Source of the DNA: Octopus sinensis
Taxonomy: Eukaryota
Direction: 5' to 3'
Assembly (NCBI RefSeq): GCF_006345805.1
Contig: NC_043008.1
Span: 61,194,001-61,258,000, forward strand
Length of the DNA: 64,000 bases
Positions within the stretch are counted from its first letter, which is position 1. Every line of letters begins with the position of its first letter. A model generated the notes under the pieces. That model saw nothing but the letters and a program-made list of their open reading frames with translations. It made no database searches and had not been told where the DNA came from. Shown here piece after piece: positions 53,471 to 64,000 of this stretch. A program made the position numbers and the translations under genes.

Positions 53471-54311
53471 GTAGTCTTATGTGCCATAATTCGAAACATT
53501 TATTAATGGAGAAGTAAACATTTTCGATCATCAATACGTAATGAATGTCAGTATCTCAATGTGTAAATATGGCAAGGATATCGTTAAGTATATCCACTAT
53601 TTCAAGACGAAAATAACAAAATTTCAAGTCAGTATAAGTATTGTAAAAAGGTAAAGAAATAAGGATTATTATACGTATCATTGTTTTCTGTTGCACTCTG
53701 AAACTTTTAAAAACAGGATATTTTTATGTCCTGAAATATTATAACAGCATAAATAACTTTGGGAGAAAACTTCCAGTACGCTCTTCGTTTTTATTGATAC
53801 TTAGCGTTCACAGTGAATTTCTACCCCTGCATATCTATTTGTCCTAATGTTTAATGTTCATGTATTCATTTAAAAGAGGGTCATTTTATATTATGTAGTT
53901 TGAAAAGTATAGAGGATTAATTAAATACCAGCCTGAAATAGCACTTCTGGGGCGATACGAGTAGTCTTCGAGCAGTTCCATGTTCAAGTTAATACAGCTT
54001 GAAAAAAAAAAAAAAAGAGAAAATATTGATAAATATTGCCTCAATATAAATATGAGCGTGTGTGTATGTATCTATCTATATATTCATATATATATATATG
54101 CATATATATGTATATATGTGTGTGTATGCATATGTATTTATACAAATATATATATATGTATGCAAATATATATATATTAAAGACTTGTTTTATTTATTTA
54201 TCCTGAGCGCCATACTAATACAATTGTTTGTTTGTATTCCACCTGCCTTCGTCTTTTGTTTATTTCCGTAAACCTGCCTTCGTCTTTTGTCTAATTTCAT
54301 AAAGCTTCCCG

Positions 54312-54356
<45 letters not shown>

Positions 54357-55022
54357 ATATATATATGCGTGTGTGTGCGTGTGTGCATGTATGTATATGT
54401 GTATGTGTATACATATAGGCATACATATGTATGTATCCATGCATGTTTTATATTCATGCTGATTTTTTGTTATTGGAAAGGTTCTCATATATTGCTGACA
54501 TAACTGATTGTTTACTAATGAGTCTAAAATCATATTTTTATTCATTAATTATTTGTTGTATATGTCATAATTTACAAAATTCTGTCTAAATTATTTAATT
54601 CCAATGTAAGGTATTTGATGATACAATGTTCTATATCCCCTTCAAAGTTTATAAAATACAATTATTTTAATAAACGTAAAATCATTCCGGCGCCAATCAG
54701 AACCTCGGTTGCAAAACTAAATGTAGTTATTCATATGCGCAATTTTATTTATCCCTGATATTCTACTCAGCAAATGTCGTATGCCTTCTCCATTTGAATC
54801 GAGCATGACACATCCCGAATCCCAAACATCAGGAATTCCTTTTAAATTATTTATCAGAAGAAAAATCCTCTGACCTTGTTCAAAGACTCTTCGACATAAC
54901 AGGATAAAGAAAATGCATGATTGTTATAACTGGAGCAAACCACAATGATTACAACTGATTTCGAAAAGTAATGTCGATGTGTAAAAAGAAAGCCTGACTG
55001 AGTGCCATAAAGAATGAGAGGA

Positions 55023-55060
<38 letters not shown>

Positions 55061-56062
55061 AGGGAAGTGAGTGTGCACTAGAAGGCAGCGGGGCTGGAGG
55101 TATGTACATGAAGTGGGTGAGCAAATTGTGTGAAATCTGTTGGAAAGATTGAGGGAGAGTGCGTGAGCTAGCTAGCTAGATAGATAGATAGAAAAGGAGA
55201 GGGAAAACTTCAGAGGTAGAGAGAGAGATGGGGAGAGAGAGAGAGTGAGTTTAAGAAACAACTTTCGCGAAGCCTACGGATTTGATAGGATGATATTCAC
55301 AACACAGTCCTCTCAGGTCAATATCTTTCTGTGTAAACAGTATTTTCGATTTCATAGAGAATTGTCGCCTTCAGTATTGTGTTGCAATGATGTCCATTTG
55401 TATTAATCAATCATCCTCTCTTTAATGCCTGGTAATGTAATATTATTGACTCCCACTCGCTTAGGCGAATATAAAATGCAAAATCCACTTATAAGTTGAT
55501 AGATTTAAAACATAGTTTCCGTTTCGCTTCCCCAAATTTCTCTCCAAAGGCGTTAACAGTTTCAAGTAAATATGTGAACTGTCTCATTGGGATTGAAACT
55601 GAAGCCACGCCAAGATAAAGCGACACAAATCACCGAGAGACACAAGAAAAAACACAGCATGGGAGTGAATTTGGAATTGTGTTCATACATGATTAAACTT
55701 AGTAATTGCGATAATTTTATTTATTCTTTTTCGTTATTTGATCTCCGTTAAATTTGTTGATTAAGACAAATTTTCAATGCAAGCGAAGCTTTACGCATAC
55801 AATTATCAATATTCTTTGATCAGTTTCCGAGTAAAAACTTCTGCCGTTTCTCCTTTCTATGTATGGAAGAGTATAAATATTTAAGGTAGTTAATTGAAAA
55901 CAAAATTCATATTAACAACAAAAAAGTATTCAATAATTTTTTCCAGTGACATATGAGAAGTTTCTGCGTTATTTTATATAACTGAAATGCATCAGGGCTC
56001 GTCCCTTTTATATTTAGTATCTTCTTAGATCAGGCGAATAAACGACGATGTATAGTACTGCA

Positions 56063-56318
56063 GGTGGAGGCGCGTGGCTTAGTGGTTATGGTGTCAGCAT
56101 CACGATCGTAAGATTGTGGTTTCGAATCCTGGACCGAGCGACTCGTTGTGTTCTTGAGCAAAACACTTCATTTTACATTGCTCCAGTCCACTCAGCTGGC
56201 AAAAATGAGTAACGTTGCGATGGGCTGGCGTCCCGTTCAGCTGGGGAACACATATGCCATTGAAACCGGGCCCATGAGCCTGGCTAGGCTTTAAAAGGGA
56301 TAATTTATTTATATATTT
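56063..56318 (+). mobile_element. tRNA-derived SINE (family-A head and tail, different central block) with 12-bp TSD
   Basis: TGGCTTAGTGG and GTTTCGAATCC boxes. TSD TATAGTACTGCA at 56051-56062 and 56319-56330. Confidence 0.9.
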
Positions 56319-57109
56319 TATAGTACTGCACCACATGTGCTTAGTTACATGTTATATTTGGAAGTAGGTGTAATCTCAGAAGTTGTTAGCATTAAGGTAT
56401 TGGCAATTTCTATATGGAAAATAAAACGTAATATATTGATGCAGAATAAATCTGTCTATAACTTTGGTCGTCATATATGAACCAAATTGCTCTAGAGTTT
56501 AAAAAAATAAATAAATATAGTCGGTTAACATTCTATGATCGGATAGGTTGGGATAGATTTGACAGAAACTGAGGTAAACTATTGACATATTGAGAAAGCT
56601 GTATAAAAGATAATTGCCTTTTCGTTCTTTCTTTCCAGAAGCTTTTATACATCATCATTTAATTACATGCCAATACAAATAACATTTCATTACTTATAGG
56701 AAGCTGTAAATTGTTGATAAAACCTTAGCAAAACTTACATCGTGTTCAACGGAAATTAATGACGTTACATGGAATTGAATCATATAAACTTATTTCCAAT
56801 GCTAGAAATAGCTCAGGTAATAGACGCAAAAGTTAACCAAACTTAAGTATGAAAAATTAACAGGAAGAACATCGTCAGAAACGGACACTTTTCTTCTTTT
56901 ATGTTCACATTGAGATACATATTTTTCCTTTCAATAAATCTAAGAATTGCCTGAGTTGAGAGGAAGACAATAAGAAAGAGAAAGGGTGGGTGAGAGGAGT
57001 AGACAGAGAAAGAGACAGTGGTCGAGAAAGCGAGGGAGAGAAAGTAAATATAGAAAGATTGTTTCTCCTTCTGATGTCTAAGCTATCGTTAATATTTTCA
57101 TGACTGAGT

Positions 57110-57314
57110 GACGGCGGCGAGCTGGCAGGGTCATTAGCACTCCGGACAAATTGCATAGCTGCATTTAGTCCGTCCTTACGTTCTGGGTTCAATTTCGCAG
57201 AGGTCGACTTTGCCCTACATCATTTAGAAATCGATAAAATAAGTGCCAGTTGAGCTCTGCTGTCGATGTAATCGACTTAAACCCTCGCCCGGCATGGTGC
57301 CAAAATTGGGAACA
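57110..57314 (+). mobile_element. Family-B SINE
   Basis: GGCGGCGAGCTGGCAG head; AATATTTTCAT at 57091-57101 and 57315-57325 is a probable TSD. Confidence 0.8.
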
Positions 57315-58135
57315 AATATTTTCATCTTTGCGACTATTACCTCGACATTCCAACCACATGTCATCTAAATAATTTATCAGGCAATTTGGCTGGTGTTTTT
57401 AAAACATTATGACGTAGACCCTGAGAGATAAATATTCATATACTTGTGAAAATTCACTACATTTATTTCCTTTGCATTTGTCCTAAATATTTCAGTGGAA
57501 CTTGTATTGATGTACACGGTGAGATATCTTTACTGCCAGTGACGGGATATAAATTATTATCACTAACAAGCGAACGTCTGCTGTTCTAAACAAACCCTCT
57601 AATTATCTTCATTATAACGAAAAGTTTGAATTAGATATGTGTGCGGAATAAAAGTTTCATAGTAATAACATCAAAGCTATGCAGCTGTTTAAATTTAACT
57701 GAGTAACCTCTGATGTAAGCTTTGGAGAACATCTCCAAACAGAGGATAAAGTGGTAGTTTCTCTTTTCCAGTCACATACACCCAACTCAGAAAATGGCTA
57801 CGGGTCCTGATTAGAATCTTTTGACTACAATATAGACTAAATCACATTGTTTTTACATCGTAAAATTGTGGATTGGAGGTTTTTATACTCAAGTGAGTCG
57901 AATCCGCGATATTCTTGTTATCTTTTTTATCGTCTTGAAATGATAAAGAGTAAAGTTTATTCAGATGAACTTTGGTTTTGGAATCTTAATAGAGATAAGT
58001 AAGTTATCTAAACCACCAACGCTACCATTATCTCCACTTATTCGAATAATTATTGAATTTCATCTCAAATATGATGTGACTGTCCACCACTACCAGCTCA
58101 CAGTCAGCCCTATGGCGATCAGAGCTCGCTCTGCG

Positions 58136-58470
58136 CGCCATTGGGGTGACTGCCCACCACCCCGGAGCCACAGGCAATGTAATGGTGACTAGATCACGCC
58201 ATTGCGGTGACTGTTCACCACCCCGTCGCCACAGGCAATGGCGACCAGATCGCGCCATTGGGGTGACTGTCAACCACGCCGGCGCTGCAGGCAACGCAAT
58301 AGCGACGAGATCTTGCCATTGCGGTGACTGTCCACCAACCCGGCGCCACAGGCAACGCAATGGTGATCAGATGGTGCCTTTGCGGTGACTGTCCACCGCC
58401 CCGGAGCAACAGGCAACGCAATGGCAACCAGATTGCGACGTTGCAGTGGCTGACCACCACCTCAGCGCCA
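58136..58470. repeat. GC-rich minisatellite, 61-bp unit, about 5.5 copies
   Basis: Units start at 58136, 58197, 58253 (preceding unit 56 bp), 58314, 58375 and 58436. Confidence 0.9.
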
Positions 58471-58817
58471 CTTCTCTAAATATAATGCAGACATTTTTTG
58501 AGTAATATACTTGGCTAAAGTAGAGGTACGTTTTAACATAAAGAATGCGAACAGAAATAAAATGGGTGTCATTGTGATTTAATATTGAAACAGTAAATTA
58601 ATAATTACTCAGGCAGTACGTGTACTTTCTCGTTACAATGGGCTGTCAAAGTGCAGTCGATTGAAAAGGAAAATTGTATTAGAGTTACTGGGGCAACCAA
58701 CTTAAGTATGATGACGAAAGTCTACAAGATATTTTTTCTAATATGACATATGAATAAGCTGCAAAAAGTCAAGCATTTGCAAATCAGGAAAGCATTGGCA
58801 GTAAATTTTGCTAATAT

Positions 58818-59228
58818 TAGTTTCAAATTTTAGCGTGAGACCAGCAATTTTAAAGGAGGGCATAAGTCGATTAGATCGACTCCAGTATTCGATTGGTACT
58901 TATTTTATACACCTAGAGAGGATGAACAGCGCAACCGACCTACACGGAATTTGAACTCACAGCGGCGTGCTAGCAATGCTGCTAGCTCTCTGCCTTAAAA
59001 TATTGCTAAATTAAGAATTCAAGTCAGCAGAATCTTTAGCACGCCGGGCAAGATGCTTAGCGTCATATTGTCCGTCGCTACGTTCTGCGCTCAAATTCCG
59101 CTGAGGTCGTCTTTGCCTTTCATTTTTTCGCGGTCTGTAACACGAATAAAAATTTCAGCACTGGGATCGATGTACTGAAATTACCCGCTTCCCCGAAACT
59201 GCTTGCCTTATTCCGAAATTTGAAACCG
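58818..59228. mobile_element. Divergent (head-to-head) pair of family-B SINEs
   Basis: Minus copy at 58818-58996, plus copy at 59020-59228. Confidence 0.75.
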
Positions 59229-61087
59229 GTATTAGAGTTCATCCAATTAGCATAAAAATAAAGTTCGAAGGTCATTAATTATCGCTTCTTAAAATTCGTC
59301 CGAATGCTGGTGATAGCAGTTTCTTTCTTTAGCTTCACACGGTCTTGAGAATATTAACAGACATCTGTACTGGATTAGACTTCACAGTATTTACAGCGAG
59401 GTTCCTATCTTGTGTATGAATACTATAAAATTATGTTTGTTTCATGTGGCCGAATAAAAGCATCTAATAAATACATCCATGAAAGTAAAAGGGATTTTGT
59501 TGTCGCTAAACATCGGGGATTCATAAAACATAATTATAAAAAATTCATAAAATATATTTATAAGAAAAATGAATAAAAACAAATAAAATCGCTTCTAAAT
59601 TAGGAGAACTTGACATGTACAGAAGGGTGACAATTCTTCCACTAAAACATATAAGTAGGATTAATATTTGAAACAGAAATCAAAACCGTGCAAAATGTAA
59701 TTAGTAAAAACACACAAACGTACTGATTAATTCATTTTAGTTATCAAGAGAACATAACAACATTTTATTTGGATTTAAAAGCAATCACCACAAAATCTCA
59801 CATTAAAGGAATGGTTTGTGAATGGGCATATTTATGCTTTGGATTATATTTCTCGAAATTAGAATGATAATTTCGCGAAAATAAGTGCAGACTTCAAAAT
59901 TCCACAAAAGGAATTGTTAAGTAAGAAATATATATTCCTTCACTACACAAGCAATTCCATTATTCCGTACATTCAATGCATAGATGCTTTCTTGTACAGA
60001 ACTTGATTCATGTTGAAAGATAAATACAGTAGGACGTAAAAGCTTGCAAATACAGACGCCCTCAATGATAAAACCCGATATATTAAAGAAAAGTAATTTT
60101 AATACGTAAAGAAGAAACTCATCAAATAAATATGTGCAGGGAGGCCTGTACAAACTGATAGTGGTTTGTATAACACATATCGCTGATATATATATATATA
60201 TATATATACGAAAGACTGCGTGTCACTCAGATAAAATTATCCTCCCCATTAACTCAGATTTAAAAGTCAGTAAGAGCATTGCATTAAATTTGTAAGAAAT
60301 CAGAGAATTGTAGGAAACCCTGTAAACCATGATGTTTCAGGATTCTCCACAATCTGCAACATAACCTAAATGTCTCTGTTCTGGTATTACACAATAACAC
60401 TTTACTTTCTACACTGATAAGATCAAAGAAAAGAAACACACTGAATGTATATAATTAAATTCTCGAACGATACTTATGTTACCTTCAAACATTTCAATCT
60501 TTGATTAGATGTTTTCATGCCATTATTGTATCAGTTGAGCAAAATGTACATCAATCATGTCACAATACTTTAACATTTGTGCAGCGCCAGCCGGACTGAC
60601 TAAAAAGGAATCTGTAGAGCCGAGTCGACGATGCTATCAGAATTACCGACTGAAGCCTTTTCATTTCATTCAGGTCAGTAATCCCCTTCTAAATTCTAAG
60701 CACATCACAACTTCCCCATTTCTTCTCTCGTAAATTCAAGTCAATGCCTTATCAAAAAGAATAAAATACGAGGATTAAAACAATACCTATGTGAATCATA
60801 GGAACAGTGGATTGACTTGTAATTCGATACTGTATAAAATATATAGAACACATGTCTACACAAAACATTACACTGAGTATGTAAGTATAGCCAATTGAAA
60901 TGACGACTAGGTACTGAGTGAGGACATAAATTGTGACGCGTCTGCCAAATGGCATTACCTATAAAATTACACTGATGTGTTTTGAGTGAAAGGGAAGGAA
61001 TATTGAATAAAATTATACATAGAAACATGTATGTATGTGTGTATTATGTATGTTAGTATGTATGTATGTAAGTAAATATGTATGTAT

Positions 61088-61133
<46 letters not shown>

Positions 61134-62399
61134 CATATATGTGTGTGTGTGTGCGTGGGTGCGTGGATATATATGTATATATATATATAATATATATATA
61201 TATATATAATATATATAATTCAATGTGTTGAACAAATTTTGGTTCATTTTTTAAGCACAAAGAGAAATATTATATAATTATAATATTCCATATTGGGAGA
61301 ATATTTACTCACTTGAAGTTTCAAATGGATATTCAGTCAATTCGGTATTTTTTTTCAATCTCTTTCCAAGCGAGTATTTCACGGGTCAAAACAATAAATA
61401 TTTTTTGAACAGGATGCAGTAAGTATTACAAAGTGTTCTCTACCATCATTAAAAACATTTCCATATATCTTGGTATAAATACATATAATTCATTTAGTGC
61501 TGTAAAAATTATTGTCGAAAGTGAATATATATTACAATTTACGTCAAATGTAAACATCATTAACACGACATTCTTAGATCATCAAAACTAAGTTCTCGTT
61601 TCAAGAAACCTTTAACTTAATTCAAGATTACATCAAATTTACAAGAGTGGGTGTAATTGATCTACCATTATAGCAATTGGATTAGATATTTAAATAATTT
61701 GATATACAATTATTTCCATCAGTAACTTGATTCCGCCTCTTATACAAAGCGTAATTTTTCGCCTACAACAATTTTGCTGCTAATGAATCTAATACGCAAA
61801 ATAAAATAAAAATTAATTTTTAAACTTTATACGGTACATTGAATTATTGTAGCGGCTACAATAATTCATTTTACGTTTTGGTAAACCATTCTGGGTTTTA
61901 AAAATCGAAGTCCAATTTGTGTATCGCTTCATGTTCCACTTGGATATTGGCAGTACTGAACAATAAGAAATAAACAGAATTTATACTACGGACCTACTAT
62001 ATATGTCCTTTATATATAATATATACTATTTAAGGATATATTTCGGGAGATTCGAACGAGAAATTCCGAAAGCTGTCGTATGTCAACGGAGGTTAGATAC
62101 TTCTTGGTGTAGTAGATACAAGGATGAAACTAATATATTGAAAATATGATGTCGATGATGCTGATGCTGTTAATGTTAATAATAATATTAATAATGATAG
62201 TAATAATAAAAATAATAATTATTATTATATCAGTAATAATAACATAAAAAAATAACATTCCTAATGATAATAAAAAGAATGTTTTCTTTAATAACAAAAT
62301 CAAAATGAACATAAACACTAGCCAATCGATATTCTGTGTAATTTATCGCTTTTAGTCACTGTAGCAACAAACTGCATCCGCTCCTATATTCACTCACAT

Positions 62400-62464
62400 A
62401 ATCACACACGGACACGCAGAGATACATACATATAGACATACATACATACATTCATACACACACT

Positions 62465-62508
<44 letters not shown>

Positions 62509-62523
62509 TGTGTTTAAATATAA

Positions 62524-62557
<34 letters not shown>

Positions 62558-63120
62558 CCATATACATATATGTATGTGTATATATGTAAGTATATATATG
62601 TATATGTGTGTGTGTATGATGTGATGCGTTTGTGGCAAGATAATTTTGGTGTTGAGATAATGGCACTCAGCTTACATCAGTGAGACTGGCTTGATTAGAA
62701 CTTGTAATGACCATCAGTGATATCTCCACTCAACATCGCTGACAGGATAGTATTACTAAGACTTTGATACGAGATTCCATCAACAGCTTCACTTCCCATT
62801 AACAATAAGTGTACAGTTGATGAGCGTTTTTAACTTACGATCAGACAAGCTTGCTTTCTGAAGTAGAGACTTGTTAATATTCTCTGTCTACCTGTCTAAG
62901 TATGAATGTATGTATGTAAGTATGCATGTATGTATGTATGTATGTATGTATGTATGTATGTATGTATGTATGTATGTATGTATGTATGAATGCATATATG
63001 TATGTATGTATGATCTATGAATGTATGTACACATACATACATATATATATATATATTTGTATTGTATGTGTAATGTATATTTATATATATATATATATAT
63101 AAATTCACATACATATGTAT
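62400..63120. repeat. (TA)n, (CA)n and long (TATG)n microsatellites
   Basis: Directly visible. Confidence 0.9.
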
Positions 63121-64000
63121 ATATTTGTGTTTTATGTGTGTGGTTTACGAGTGGTTTTGTGTGTGAATGTATAGGTTAAAAGAATTGCTATATAAGTATG
63201 TTTTAGTGTTTAGTAAAGGGAGGTTTTATCATTTCTGTTTTGTGAGTTTTAGCTTATCATGGTAGTTTTATAAAAGAATCCATTCATAATTTTTGTGTTT
63301 ATGTCTGTGTGGGGTTGAGTGGGTTTTTGGAGTATATGTTGAGGTTTATTGTATGTATTGGTATGTGTAAGTGGTGTGGGTATTTGTATATGTCGTGGGT
63401 GTGTGGTTTACGTGTGTGTATTTGTGTGTGAATGTTTAGGTTAGGGGGATTGCTATATAGGTTTGTTATAGAGTTTAGTAAAGGGAGATTTTATCATTAT
63501 ATGTTTTTATGAGTTTTGGTTATCATGGTAGGTTTGATAAGGAATTTGTAGTTATTTGTGTCTATTTGCGATGTCTGTTGTTTTATTGCATTGTTTCATT
63601 CATAATTTTTAAGTAGTGTTCGTTTTACCAAGTGAATATAATTTCTAATTCCATTTATTCCATTTCTCCGTTCATAGTTTTGAGTGATGTCCGTTTTCTA
63701 GAGCGTGAATGTGGGTTGTATGTGTGTGTGTGTGGGAGTATGAATAAGTATTGTGTTAAGTATTTAGCTATTTTATTTATTTATAGTTGCCTAGACATTT
63801 TATGTGTATGTATAGGGATATATATATAGTGTGTGATTTAGTGTATGTAGTTAGATATGGTTATATATAATTAGGTATATGCGTATGGGTGTATATATAG
63901 TTTATTATTATATTATTATATTTTATATTTTATATTTTATATTTTATATTTAATTGTTGATAGGTTTTTTTAGTTTATATATTGTTTATATATTGATTAT

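Noticed and set aside
58136-58470. CRISPR-like array, or a coding repeat RHCGDCPPPRRHRQRNGDQ
   Set aside because: No unique spacers, eukaryotic context and no cas genes; the 61-nt unit shifts frame each copy and stops occur
62652-62714. 63-nt minus-strand exon-like unit with good splice sites
   Set aside because: Stops in all three frames, and no evidence for a UTR exon

Overview
AT-rich, microsatellite-dense eukaryotic DNA. The repeat repertoire (tRNA-derived SINEs, Penelope-like elements, R4/Dong and RTE LINE relics, mariner and hAT relics) points to an octopus genome; this is an inference, not a database match. I can support no intact protein-coding gene: the window looks intronic or intergenic, with only a few low-confidence candidate exons. 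Almost all ORFs in the track come from simple repeats or transposon relics. Most interesting items: (1) a tandemly duplicated 473-bp near-perfect palindrome carrying four copies of a minimal hammerhead-ribozyme-like motif, inside a Penelope-rich cluster at 19-25 kb; (2) a four-unit SINE multimer flanked by a single target-site duplication (TSD) and splitting a mariner ORF; (3) a GC-rich 61-bp minisatellite whose units each fold into a hairpin; (4) modular SINEs from two families that share 11-13 bp TSDs; (5) several near-identical tandem duplications with breakpoints in microsatellites.
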